This document shows, piece by piece, positions 42,144 to 51,786 of a DNA stretch of 64,000 bases; the stretch's first letter is position 1; the number at the start of each line of letters is the position of its first letter. The position numbers and the translations under genes were made by a program. Origin of the DNA: an uncultured delta proteobacterium. Lineage in GTDB: Bacteria; Desulfobacterota; Binatia; Bin18. The notes under the pieces were generated by a model, which did no database searches, was not told where the DNA came from, and worked only from the letters and a program-made list of their open reading frames with translations. Where the stretch lies: positions 1 to 64,000 of the forward strand of contig CAVTCR010000076.1 of assembly GCA_963733195.1 (NCBI GenBank). Direction: 5' to 3'.

Positions 42144-42641
42144 ATGGATCCAAAACTTGCCCAAGCACTCGCTGAAATCACCACCGGTATTTATGTACTT
42201 ACCGTTCGTGAAGGCGAACGGTTGCATGGAATGTCATCGTCATGGGTGACGCAGGTATCTGGCGACCCGCCGCTGCTTATGGCCGCGGTGGACAAGCGCC
42301 ACTTCAGTCATGGCTTTATCGAACGTCAGAGCGTCTTTGGTCTGAATGTCGTAGGGAACAAAAGCAAAGAACTGGAAGATTATTTCTTCTCCTCTGCCTC
42401 GCGTCGGCCTGATAATCTGGAGCCGTTTGCCTACGAATTCGGTGAAACTGGGGTGCCACTACTCAAGATCGCGATGGCAGTGTTTGAGTGTCGTGTAGTC
42501 GCCAGTTACCCTGCCGGAGATCATACTTTGTTCGTCGCATCGATTGTACACGCTGAGATCCGTGAGCAAGATCGACCGATCATTTCGCATGATCTGCCGT
42601 ATATCTACGTTGGGACAGTTATCTCTCGGCAGAGGAATTGA
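42144..42641 (+). CDS. Flavin reductase family protein
   Basis: GIYVLT, SWVTQVS.DPP, GDHTLFV. Confidence 0.88.
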   Translation: MDPKLAQALAEITTGIYVLTVREGERLHGMSSSWVTQVSGDPPLLMAAVDKRHFSHGFIERQSVFGLNVVGNKSKELEDYFFSSASRRPDNLEPFAYEFGETGVPLLKIAMAVFECRVVASYPAGDHTLFVASIVHAEIREQDRPIISHDLPYIYVGTVISRQRN

Positions 42642-42696
42642 CAGAGCAGGAGCCGCTCTGTTAGCAGTCAGAGACTCTGCACAGTGAGGAGCATAT

Positions 42697-43173
42697 ATGG
42701 CGATCGATCCCCGCGAACTGCGCAACGTTTTTGGAGCTTTTGCTACTGGCGTTACCATCATCACCACTAACGATGTTAATGGTAAGCCCTTTGGCCTCAC
42801 CGCTAATTCGTATACTTCTCTTTCCCTTGATCCGCCGCTTGTCCTTGTGTGTGTCGATAAGAAAGTGGACTGCTACGCCTGCTTCGAGCAGTCAAAAGTC
42901 TTTGTGGTCAATTTTCTCGCCGAGGATCAAGAGCAGTTATCGACACGGTTTGCGACAAAAGGAATCGAGAAGTTTGAGGGAGTGGCCGTGCGTCAAGGAA
43001 CTCTCGGGGTGCCACTACTTGAAGGCGCTGTCGGTTATATCGAGTGTAAAATGGTGAATGGGTACGAAGGTGGTGATCACACGATTTATGTGGGCGAGGT
43101 ACAAAATGCCAGTGCTTCTGGTGATCGACCGCTGCTGTTCTTTAAGGGAAAATACAAGAAACTATTGCAGTAA
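42697..43173 (+). CDS. Flavin reductase family protein (HpaC-like)
   Basis: FATGVTIIT, TANSYTSLSLDPPLV, GGDHTI, PLLFFKG. Confidence 0.92.
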   Translation: MAIDPRELRNVFGAFATGVTIITTNDVNGKPFGLTANSYTSLSLDPPLVLVCVDKKVDCYACFEQSKVFVVNFLAEDQEQLSTRFATKGIEKFEGVAVRQGTLGVPLLEGAVGYIECKMVNGYEGGDHTIYVGEVQNASASGDRPLLFFKGKYKKLLQ

Positions 43174-43470
43174 CGATGAGGGAAAGAATAAACAGGAAAA
43201 AGGGGAAATGGCGAAAAGGGAAAGGAAAAATTATCAGCCAAGTGCTCTTTTTCTCTCCCATTTACCCCTTTACCCTCGTGAACGCCACATCAAAGTGAAC
43301 ATTAGCCGCTTTCAGCTTCTCTCCGGCCTGACGGGCCTCTTCCTCGCCCTTTGGTGAAAGTGGGACATCAACCTAACCAGTGAAGCGATTTTCCAGGTTC
43401 CATTGCGATTCGCCGTGGCGCAATAATACCAGCGTTGCCATGCATTCTCCTGTTAAAGCTCAGTGCTGAC

Positions 43471-44163
43471 TTACGCGCGAGCGCGTTGCCCGAACAAAAC
43501 CTTCTTTGCTTCTTCACTCATCTCTTGCCGTAGCTCTTTACCAACCTCAAAGCCGCGATTCACTGCCGGGCGAGCTTTCATGGTTTCGTGCCAGCGCTTC
43601 AGATGTGGGAACTCGTTGAGATCTTGGCCCATACGCTCATAGATGACGACCCATGGCCATGACATCATATCAGCAATCGAATACTCCCCGGCCAGAAATG
43701 GGTGATCAGCTAACTGTTTGTTCATGACACCGTAAAGGCGATTCACCTCGTCAGTATAGCGGTTGATACCGTAGGCAATTTTCTCAGGCGCATAGTGGCG
43801 GAAATGGTTCGCCTGCCCGGACATAGGGCCGAGTCCACCCATTTGCCAGTACACCCACTGCAGGACTTCGTACTTCCCGCGCGGATCTTTGGGGAGGAAC
43901 TTGCCGTATTTCTCTGCCAAGTATTCGTCAATCGCGCCTGATTCGAAGATCGCTAGCGGTTCGCCACCACCCAACGGTTCATGATCAACAATCGCCGGCA
44001 TGCGGTTGTTCGGCGAGACTTTCAGAAAGCTCGGTTCGAATTGTTCGCCTTTGCCAATGTTGATCGGGATGACGTTGTACGGTACGCCCAACTCTTCAAG
44101 GAGAATCGTCACTTTCCAACCATTCGGCGTTGGCCAGTAATAGACATCAATTGGTTTTGCCAC
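43471..44163 (-). CDS. Glutathione S-transferase (YfcG-like, Nu class)
   Basis: TPNGWK, PNNRMPAIVD, FESGAI, QMGGLGPM.GQ. Confidence 0.9.
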   Translation of the reverse strand: MAKPIDVYYWPTPNGWKVTILLEELGVPYNVIPINIGKGEQFEPSFLKVSPNNRMPAIVDHEPLGGGEPLAIFESGAIDEYLAEKYGKFLPKDPRGKYEVLQWVYWQMGGLGPMSGQANHFRHYAPEKIAYGINRYTDEVNRLYGVMNKQLADHPFLAGEYSIADMMSWPWVVIYERMGQDLNEFPHLKRWHETMKARPAVNRGFEVGKELRQEMSEEAKKVLFGQRARA

Positions 44164-44405
44164 GAGTGCACCTCCCTTACGTTATGATAGAAAATTATTG
44201 CGCCGATACTTACAGGCTTCCGCAGTTGAGTAAAGGCGGTTCGACGCAACACGTGATATGTATGCGTGGTACGTAAGACGTGGACCTGTGGGTACGTGGT
44301 TGGTTGCCTCTGTGTTCTTTGCCCCGTCTCTTCACAACTAGGGGTAAGGTCTGCTATCAAAGAGGGGGCGTTTTGCGCACTCACTAAGAAAAAGGAGTGA
44401 CCAGT

Positions 44406-45758
44406 ATGATTGTTGGATACTTTACCGAACGGCCGTATCGTTGGCTTCCAGAGGATGAAGTCCTCAAGAACGAAGGCTTCTTCGCGGTCTCAAATAAACA
44501 TTTTGACCGCGAGAAAGCCGCTGATGACTATAACTACTGGATCGATGAGTACTGTGAAGCTGAAGAACTCGGCTTTGATGCACTCATGCTGAACGAGCAT
44601 CATGGCAACCCGTTCTGTATGGGAAGCGTGATGAACGTCGAAGCTGCGATCTTGGCGCGTGTGACCAAAAGAGCAAAGATCGTATTGATCGGCAACCCAC
44701 TCCCCGTGTTGAAGCATCCATTGCGGATGGCGGAAGAGTTAGCCGAGATCGATCTGATCTCACGCGGGCGTCTTGTCACTGGTTGGGTGCGCGGCGCTGG
44801 CAGCGAGCAGTTCTTCAATAATGCCAATCCGGCCTATAACCGTGAATACTTCAACGAAGCGCATGACTTCATTATTCAAGCGTGGACCAAGCCTGGTCCG
44901 TGGCGCTACGAGGGAAAACATTTCCATTATCGCCATGTGAATCCGTGGGCGCTGCCGTATCAGAAGCCACATCCGCAGATGTGGATTCCTGGTGTGTTGA
45001 GCCCGGAAACTGTGAAGTGGTGCGCGGAGCACGCCTATCCGTATCTTGGTTTGGTGACCAACCTTGGTCCGACCTGTGACATTTGGGATATGTACGCTGA
45101 TGTTGCGGCAGAGCGCGGCTATCAAGCCGGTCCGGAGAACTTTGGTTATTTGATGGGCGTATTTGTTGCCGAGACCGATGAGAAAGCGCAGGAAATCGGG
45201 AAAGGGTTTGTCTTTGGTGGTGGCGCGAATGCGTTCTCGCGACCAGAGCACACACTGCCTCCGGGATACAACTCCAAAGGTGCGATCCGCTTACTCGGCA
45301 AACGTCCTGGTGGTGGTTGGGTCGGTTTGAGTGCTGACCGCTTGAAAGAGATGCAAACCGGCAAGAAAGAGAATGAAGGCAAGAACTACGACGAGATCCG
45401 CAAGAAACTCCAGAATTCGTATGAGAGAGCTCAGGAGAACTTGTTGATGATCGTCGGTTCACCGAAGACAGTGACCGAGAAGATCAAGTCGATTCTGCAG
45501 GTGCTGCGGCCTGGCGTGTTCACGCTCTTCCAGGTGCAGGGGCCGGTGGGTAATACCGACCGCCTCAACAGCATGCGCTTGTTTGCCAAAGAAGTGATCC
45601 CACCGATTCAGGAATTTGCCAAGCAGATCGAACTGACCGATCCGTTCCAACGTTTCCCTGGCTCAGTCAAACTGACGGCTGGGACCAAACGCGGTCCAGT
45701 AGTTGACCGCACGCCACTAAAGTCACTGAAGATCGACACCAGCGCGACTTCGGTTTAA
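44406..45758 (+). CDS. LLM-class flavin-dependent oxidoreductase
   Basis: LNEHH, HPLRMAEELA.ID..S.GR, PYQKPHP; RBS AAGGAG. Confidence 0.92.
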   Translation: MIVGYFTERPYRWLPEDEVLKNEGFFAVSNKHFDREKAADDYNYWIDEYCEAEELGFDALMLNEHHGNPFCMGSVMNVEAAILARVTKRAKIVLIGNPLPVLKHPLRMAEELAEIDLISRGRLVTGWVRGAGSEQFFNNANPAYNREYFNEAHDFIIQAWTKPGPWRYEGKHFHYRHVNPWALPYQKPHPQMWIPGVLSPETVKWCAEHAYPYLGLVTNLGPTCDIWDMYADVAAERGYQAGPENFGYLMGVFVAETDEKAQEIGKGFVFGGGANAFSRPEHTLPPGYNSKGAIRLLGKRPGGGWVGLSADRLKEMQTGKKENEGKNYDEIRKKLQNSYERAQENLLMIVGSPKTVTEKIKSILQVLRPGVFTLFQVQGPVGNTDRLNSMRLFAKEVIPPIQEFAKQIELTDPFQRFPGSVKLTAGTKRGPVVDRTPLKSLKIDTSATSV

Positions 45759-45782
45759 CTACCTACTGATTCTCCTTACTCG

Positions 45783-45808
45783 AGCCCTCTCCTTCACAGG
45801 AGAGGGCC
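45783..45808 (+). terminator. Hairpin downstream of the LLM gene
   Basis: GCCCTCTCCT-TCAC-AGGAGAGGGC; no T-tract. Confidence 0.45.
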
Positions 45809-45922
45809 GCCGTCGTCTAAGCACGTGATAAGGAATTGCTTTCCTATTTCTCGACTCGCGGGCATGAACGTTTTCCGCTACACTCCGGGACACAGTGCAT
45901 ACGGCGAAAGGAGAGTCAGGCC

Positions 45923-46192
45923 ATGTCGGAAACTGTCACTCTTGGTGTATTGATACTGATAACCTTCGCTTTCACCACGATAATCTTTGTTGTCAGCGAG
46001 CGGAATCGGCGGCAGGACCGACGCGAGTTCGAAGCGTTGATGGAAAGAGTTGCTGGAAGCACGGAAAGAATCGCCGAACATACGCGACATATTGCTAACC
46101 TCGTGGTCCAAAATGGCAACGCTCTGGCACGGGTTGAGACACTCACACAACAGATATTGATGCGCCTGGCAGATGAACAAAGTGCCCACTAA
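45923..46192 (+). CDS. Small hypothetical protein (N-terminal TM + coiled coil)
   Basis: RBS AAGGAGAG; MSETVTLGVLILITFAFTTIIFVV followed by a helical segment. Confidence 0.6.
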   Translation: MSETVTLGVLILITFAFTTIIFVVSERNRRQDRREFEALMERVAGSTERIAEHTRHIANLVVQNGNALARVETLTQQILMRLADEQSAH

Positions 46193-46276
46193 TTACCGTC
46201 CCTACACCACTGATACGAATTCCTAACCTCATCATCAGCCTACTGTGGCTGCCCTTTTTGTAAGGCAAGAACCATT

Positions 46277-47119
46277 ATGCAACGCGAAACAGTGAAAATT
46301 TACGACACCACGCTACGTGATGGCTTACGCAATTCCGGCATTACTATGACGCTGGAGCAGAAGCTCGCTTTCGCACGGCAATTGGAGCAGCTCAACGTCG
46401 ATGCTATCGAGATTGGCTATGGTGGTCCGTCGCAAATTGAGACGATGAAACAACTCGCCCAAGCGGTTACCGCGCCAGTTGTCTATGGCCTCTCGCGCGT
46501 GAATATTAAAGATGTGGACCGTGTGTTGGAGAGCGTCGAACACGCAAAGAAACCAGGTGTGAACATTTTTAGTCCGGTATCAGATGATTTCTTACGGCGA
46601 GCAAAACGAACCCGCCAACAAGCCGTTGAGAATACCACCAAAGCCATCGCTTACGCTCGGCAGCATGTTGATCATGTGGTGTTTGCCACGCAAGATGCGT
46701 CACGCGCCGATCCTGCGTTTCTGGTGGAGATATGTAATGCTGTCATTGCGGCAGGTGCGACTGCGGTGTCGATTGCCGACTCAGTGAGTTATGCCGTACC
46801 GGAGCAATTCGGCAAGCTCTGCCAGTTTGTGCGCACTAGTACCAACGGGTACGAAAAAGCCACTTGGAGTGTGCATTGCCATAACGAGATCGGTTTGGCT
46901 GTCGCCAATTCACTCGCTGCGGTTGAGAGCGGAATACGTCAAGTCGAATGCACGATCAACGGTGCAGGTGAGGGTGCGGGAAACACTCCGTTGCAGCCAG
47001 TGGTTGCAGCCTTACAAAAACGGGAAGATGTATTTTCTGCGGTTACCACTACCATTAACCACGACCAACTGCCGGTGACAGGGCGGATGCTTGCCGATAT
47101 TGCCAGTCATTCCACCTAG
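46277..47119 (+). CDS. DRE-TIM metallolyase, LeuA-like catalytic domain only
   Basis: YDTTLRDG, SVHCHNE, ECTING.GE.AGN; ends at 280 aa. Confidence 0.8.
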   Translation: MQRETVKIYDTTLRDGLRNSGITMTLEQKLAFARQLEQLNVDAIEIGYGGPSQIETMKQLAQAVTAPVVYGLSRVNIKDVDRVLESVEHAKKPGVNIFSPVSDDFLRRAKRTRQQAVENTTKAIAYARQHVDHVVFATQDASRADPAFLVEICNAVIAAGATAVSIADSVSYAVPEQFGKLCQFVRTSTNGYEKATWSVHCHNEIGLAVANSLAAVESGIRQVECTINGAGEGAGNTPLQPVVAALQKREDVFSAVTTTINHDQLPVTGRMLADIASHST

Positions 47120-47166
47120 AAACGCGAAACAAGAAAATTCTTTGATCTGACAACGGAGGGCACGCC

Positions 47167-48297
47167 ATGAGTCGCATTATTGATGCTGATAGTCATTTCA
47201 TGGAGCCGTTGGATCTGTGGCCGCGCTACATTGAGCCACAGTATCGTGACCGTTGCCTGCGGTTTGAACGTTCGTCCGACACTGGACGATATGCATTGCT
47301 GATTGATGGTCTTCGTATCGCCAACTCCGGCGACCTCACGATCGAAGAGTTGCTTGGGGTCGCGGTGGGATACGGACAGAAAGAAGCAGGCAAGGGACTC
47401 AAGTCATTTGATCCAGCCGAAGCGTTTAATCATTCACTCGAGGATATGCCGTCGCGGCTTCGTTTCCTTGACGACGAAGGGATTGAAAGTCAGTTCATCT
47501 ATCCGACATTAGGGTTGTTCTGGGAAGATTTGGTCCTCGATCCTGAACTCGCGGCGGCGCATGCGCGAGCGTACAACACCTGGATGTTGGAAGTATGCAC
47601 AGGGTATCGGAAACGATTGTATCCTGTGGGTCACCTCACGTTACGAAATCCAGGCGAAGCCGTGCGAGAACTGCAACGGCTCGCTAAAGCTGATGTGAAA
47701 ACCGTTTTTGTCGGGGCGTTACCTATTGATGGCAAAAGCTTCGGCCATCGTGACTTCGATCCAGTATGGGCGGCGGCACAGGAACTCAACATCGCCATCG
47801 GCATCCATCTTGTTGTTCATTCTCGCTACCTCGGCAATGAATGGTACAAAGACCGCGACCCTGGCTTCATGTTCTTGAGTATGAATGTGATCCAAGACCC
47901 GCGTATGGCACTGACGACGATGGTGTACGACGGTGTGTTCGAACGTTTTCCACGACTGCGTGTAGCGACGATCGAATCCGCCAGTGGTTGGGTCGCTGAG
48001 TGGATTGATCGGCTGGATTATCGGTTTAGCTACATGGGACATACGAGCCAGATGAAACGACCTGCGAGTGAGTATTTTGCCCGCAACATCTGGATTTCTG
48101 CTGACCCGCAGGAGCGTACGCTGCCGTATATGATCGAGTTGGTTGGTGACGACAAGTTTTTCATTGGTTCGGATTATCCGCATGCCGAAGGGTTTACCGA
48201 ACCCATTGCTCGGGCACGTCAGGCACTGGCCAAGCTTCCAGCGGCATCGATCAACAAAATTCTTGGAGGAAATGCGGCGCGGTTTTTTGGGATTTGA
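47167..48297 (+). CDS. Amidohydrolase family 2 protein
   Basis: IDADSH, YPT, GVFERFP.L, GSDYPHAEG. Confidence 0.9.
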   Translation: MSRIIDADSHFMEPLDLWPRYIEPQYRDRCLRFERSSDTGRYALLIDGLRIANSGDLTIEELLGVAVGYGQKEAGKGLKSFDPAEAFNHSLEDMPSRLRFLDDEGIESQFIYPTLGLFWEDLVLDPELAAAHARAYNTWMLEVCTGYRKRLYPVGHLTLRNPGEAVRELQRLAKADVKTVFVGALPIDGKSFGHRDFDPVWAAAQELNIAIGIHLVVHSRYLGNEWYKDRDPGFMFLSMNVIQDPRMALTTMVYDGVFERFPRLRVATIESASGWVAEWIDRLDYRFSYMGHTSQMKRPASEYFARNIWISADPQERTLPYMIELVGDDKFFIGSDYPHAEGFTEPIARARQALAKLPAASINKILGGNAARFFGI

Positions 48298-48307
48298 TAG
48301 CGGACCT

Positions 48308-48640
48308 TTACGAGAGGTCTGTTAGCAACGTCTTTGCGTGTTGCAAATCAGCCGTGTCGAACCCTTCGGTAAACCACCCATAGATCTCTACCAGTATCTG
48401 CCTGGCTTCTGTTGTTTTGCCTTGGCTCTGCCACAGCCGCGATAAGCTCATCACCGCCCGGAGTTCTAACGACTTTGCTTCTTGCTGGCGAGCAATCTCA
48501 ATGGCCGTGTGAAAACATGCTTCGGCCTCTGCCTCGGCAGAACGATGAATGATAATCGATGAACGATGAATAGGGGAAGATTTTCTCCCTTCTTCTTTGT
48601 GCTCTGTTCATCATTCTGCATTCCGCGTTCAGCGTTCAGA
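48308..48640 (-). pseudogene. Orphan 3' end of a wHTH-AAA-TPR regulator
   Basis: Hand translation [37 protein letters not shown]...[24 protein letters not shown]. Confidence 0.8.
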
Positions 48641-48799
48641 GCGTGCCGAGAAGGTGGAAGCCCTCAGACAGGACGGCTTCACAAGTACTCCAGGGTGGAG
48701 CGTGGCCAGGCGCTTGCGTCACCGCCCAATGGTGGTGGGAGTCGCGGCGGCTAAGCAAAGCCACTAGAAACCGGCGTCAACGAGTACGTTTCTGGCCAT
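48640..48799 (-). pseudogene. Truncated PIN-domain toxin (N-terminal third)
   Basis: MARNVLVDAG/LVALLSRRDSHHHWA...TCEAVLSE; overlaps the antitoxin 3' end. Confidence 0.7.
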
Positions 48800-49034
48800 A
48801 GCCCGTGGCCTGCAAGTATCGCTTTTTTTGCGCACTCAGATCAGCCGGCAAGCCATCCACCGAGCCGATGAGATCGGCAATGGCCTCAAGCGGCGTGGAC
48901 TGACGTCGTGTTGCCCTAGTGACAAGCTGCAACCGCTCGCGAACGATATCAGACTTCGAGATCTTGCGTTCGCGCGATTCCGCTTCGATCTCCGCCACGA
49001 GCGGTTCGGGCAGTCGTACGGTGAGAGTCTTCAT
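48777..49034 (-). CDS. Ribbon-helix-helix (CopG) antitoxin
   Basis: MKTLTVRLPE...ISKSDIVRE...DLIGSV...DLS..KKRYL. Confidence 0.85.
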   Translation of the reverse strand: MKTLTVRLPEPLVAEIEAESRERKISKSDIVRERLQLVTRATRRQSTPLEAIADLIGSVDGLPADLSAQKKRYLQATGYGQKRTR

Positions 49035-49143
49035 GCAGCTAATGTATTACGGTCCCGCCAGCGGCGCAAGACAAAGCGAAGAACGCCAACGGTTCAGTGG
49101 ACCTCTATTTCACTCCGAAGCCGCCTGTCATCCATATCCACAG

Positions 49144-49384
49144 ATGGTCACCGCAATCCCGCCGGAAATCACTACATCCAACATGGTGAAGATGCGCCTC
49201 GGCACCCTGACGTTTTTCGACGGCTTCCCGGACGACGCCACTGTCGAGAGGGTTTATGACAATCTCGACAGGGTACAGACCGTTCCCGGCAAAGGCTGGA
49301 ACGTTATTCTCCGCCTCGTACGGCCCGCTCGAACCATGGTTCGACAAAACTTGGCGGCCGGGGGAGATTGAGAAGGTGAAGTGA
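49144..49384 (+). pseudogene. DUF1254/DUF1214 protein remnant (N-terminus fused to C-terminus)
   Basis: IPPEITT...RLGTLTFFDGFPDDATVERVYDNLD directly joined to QTVPGKGWNVILRL/GPLEPWFDKTWRPGEIE. Confidence 0.7.
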
Positions 49385-49721
49385 CAAAGAGTGACAAGTA
49401 TCAAACGTCAAGAGACCGAACTTTTTTCCCTGGCTCTCCTCATCGATGGCCATCTGAACCGCAAACTGAACCAGTGATGGGTGTACCTGAACCGACACGT
49501 AAGGTACTCTGCTGGGCAACAGAGAAAATCCCTAGATGAGTGAAATATGGCCGCATCGAAACAATGCCCAAGAGAACCCCAACCAACCAGAATAAATTAC
49601 ACGAAGGAGGGTATCGCTCGCAGGTTGAGAAGATGATGGTGCACAGTGCTGATCAGGCGGCGGCTTATCTCTCTTAGTATTTTGTTAAACAGGGAATCCC
49701 AGTACAGAAGGAGGAACGGAA

Positions 49722-50234
49722 ATGAAGCACAAGCGAAACATGGTGGTGGGACTAGGTGCGATCGGCGCCCTATATATGAGCCTAGAGATAGCGGCAGCGC
49801 AGGGCGGTAGCGTCTCTGGAATGTATGTTTTTCCCAAGGGCAAACAGACCAAACAACAGCAACAACAGGATGAAGGGCGGTGCTACAACACAGCGGTTGA
49901 GATGACTGGCTTTGATCCAAGTGCCCCATCGAGTCCTCCACCCCAGAGCCAAGGAGCCCCGGCGGGAAGCGGCGCACGTGGGGCCCTACGAGGTGCGGCG
50001 GGAGGCGCAGCGATGGGTGCAGCGATGGGCGCAATCGCTGGAGATGCCGGGAAAGGGGCGGCGATGGGCGCCGCTGGTGGAGGAATGCTCGGCGGGGTCC
50101 GCGGGCGACAACAAGGCAAGCAACAGCAAGCCGCGCAACAGCAAGCCGCACAACAACAGCAACAAGCGCATAGGCAGGAGTACCAGCGCGCCTTCACTGC
50201 CTGTATGGAAGCGCGTGGATATAGCGTGAAGTAA
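49722..50234 (+). CDS. Secreted glycine-zipper protein (YMGG-like)
   Basis: Signal peptide; YVFPKG.Q...D...C; GAAGGAAMGA zipper; Y.RAF.ACMEARGYSVK. Confidence 0.8.
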   Translation: MKHKRNMVVGLGAIGALYMSLEIAAAQGGSVSGMYVFPKGKQTKQQQQQDEGRCYNTAVEMTGFDPSAPSSPPPQSQGAPAGSGARGALRGAAGGAAMGAAMGAIAGDAGKGAAMGAAGGGMLGGVRGRQQGKQQQAAQQQAAQQQQQAHRQEYQRAFTACMEARGYSVK

Positions 50235-50319
50235 GACACCGGTGTGTCTTTGTACAGAGTAGATACCTACCGACTGATAGCAGGTTTCGGTTGTGTTCAA
50301 TACGGTTCATATCCCTTAG

Positions 50320-50416
50320 CCGTTTGGCCTGAGCGTAGCGCAGCGAAGTCGAAGGCCGCTATGTTGAGGGACGCTTCGACTTCGCCGCTGACGCGGCTAC
50401 GCTCAGCGCGAACGGA
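50320..50416. repeat. REP-like family A, inverted doublet
   Basis: CCGTTTGGCCTGAGCGTAGC...GAAGTCGAAG and CTTCGACTTCG...GCTACGCTCAGCGCGAACGG. Confidence 0.75.
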
Positions 50417-50579
50417 TTAGCGCAAGTCGCCTGTACTGCATACAAGTGAAATCTGCTATGAGTATGCTCATGTGTAAAAATCTGGACTTCACGAAACAGT
50501 CAATGAAAGAGCAAGTCGGAGTGTATGCGAGCTGAACGTTGCACATCAGGTCATCCTGACTCAGCAGACTCTGACTATC

Positions 50580-50918
50580 ATGACGCAGAACCAAGACAAG
50601 CTGTTGATCCAACAGATGGAGAAACTCCCCACCAGTGTCGATAACATGAATCCCTCGCATCCCTTTATTAAAACCCTGGCTTCCATTCCGATGGCAGAAG
50701 GGGTTAAAGCCCATTCAATCATCCCTGTTTTAGGTACAGGTCCGCTCTCCGGGGGGAATGACGGCATAGTGGCGTATGATAGCGCCCACATCGATGGTGT
50801 CGCTTCGGAATTAGTTGTACGCTTCGGCCACTCGGTCCAAGGCCATCCGAAGGCGATTGAAGAAGTGCGGCGGATCTTGCGAGCGCATCTTGACGAGTTC
50901 GAGAGGGATAGCTTCTGA
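50580..50918 (+). pseudogene. C-terminal fragment of an alpha/beta hydrolase
   Basis: HSII...NDGIVAYDSAH...SELVV..GHSVQ.HP.AIEEVRRIL (Asp/His part only; no GxSxG). Confidence 0.7.
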
Positions 50919-50980
50919 AGCGAGAGCAGGTCCAATTAATATCTTTGCAGAAGAAATCTATTTGTCAGAGGAGGTATCAC

Positions 50981-51772
50981 ATGTTTTATTCACGATGGTG
51001 GAAAATAAGTGCCGTGGGGCTTGCCCTGTGGCTAACCGCGGCGCCGGGACACGCCCAGCAGTCTGCTGCAACCAAGTTCTCAACCGAAGAGAAAGCAAGG
51101 GCGACGCTGATGAAAATGGCAGAGTTTTTGGCGAAAGCCCAGCGTTTTAGCGTGAAGGCAGACATTGAATACGATGTCATACAGGACTGGGGCCAAAAGC
51201 TGGAGTTCGGGGCGAGTCGCACGATTACTGTCAAGCGTCCTGATCGTATTAGTGTTGACATCGTCGACCGCGACGATACCAAGCGCGGGTTTCGCTTTGA
51301 CGGCAAACAAATTGCGTTCTTCGGCCTGAACGAGAAGCTCTATGCGACGGCTGAAAAAGCTGGAGATTTGGACGCCGCCTTTGCCTATTTCACCCAGGAT
51401 TTACAGATGCCTTTACCCATGGGCGAGTTGTTCGCCAACAATTTCCCCAAGGGCTTAAAGGATCGATTCAGTGTAGCCTATTACGTGGAAGAAGCCTCCA
51501 CACTAGGAGGAGTGCCCTGTGACCACCTCGCCTTGCGTAATGACATGACAGACGCGCAGGTATGGATAGCGAAGGGAGACAAACCTCTGCTGCACCGATT
51601 GGTCATCACCTATAAACACGAGAATGGTCAGCCAGAATTCCGGGCGGATTTTCATGACTGGAACTTTTCCGCCGAGGTCCCGGATTCTTTGTTTACCTTT
51701 ACACCTGCCGAGGGCGCCGCTCGGATTCAGTTTGTCGCCGGCATGGATCCTAACGATGGGAAAAATCAATAG
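50981..51772 (+). CDS. DUF2092 periplasmic protein
   Basis: Signal peptide; LMKMAEFL, KRPDR, FDGK, CDHLA, QVWI..GDKPL, F.DWN; RBS GAGGAGG. Confidence 0.8.
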   Translation: MFYSRWWKISAVGLALWLTAAPGHAQQSAATKFSTEEKARATLMKMAEFLAKAQRFSVKADIEYDVIQDWGQKLEFGASRTITVKRPDRISVDIVDRDDTKRGFRFDGKQIAFFGLNEKLYATAEKAGDLDAAFAYFTQDLQMPLPMGELFANNFPKGLKDRFSVAYYVEEASTLGGVPCDHLALRNDMTDAQVWIAKGDKPLLHRLVITYKHENGQPEFRADFHDWNFSAEVPDSLFTFTPAEGAARIQFVAGMDPNDGKNQ

Positions 51773-51786
51773 AAAGGAGTACAGCC

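Noticed and set aside
43340-43380. Possible IS end (GTGAAAGTGGGACATCAACCTA)
   Set aside because: No partner inverted repeat or transposase remnant could be identified by eye.
31088-48640. Diversity-generating retroelement (template/variable repeats in regulator C-termini)
   Set aside because: No reverse transcriptase in the window; differences among the tails involve all bases and indels, not adenine-specific changes.
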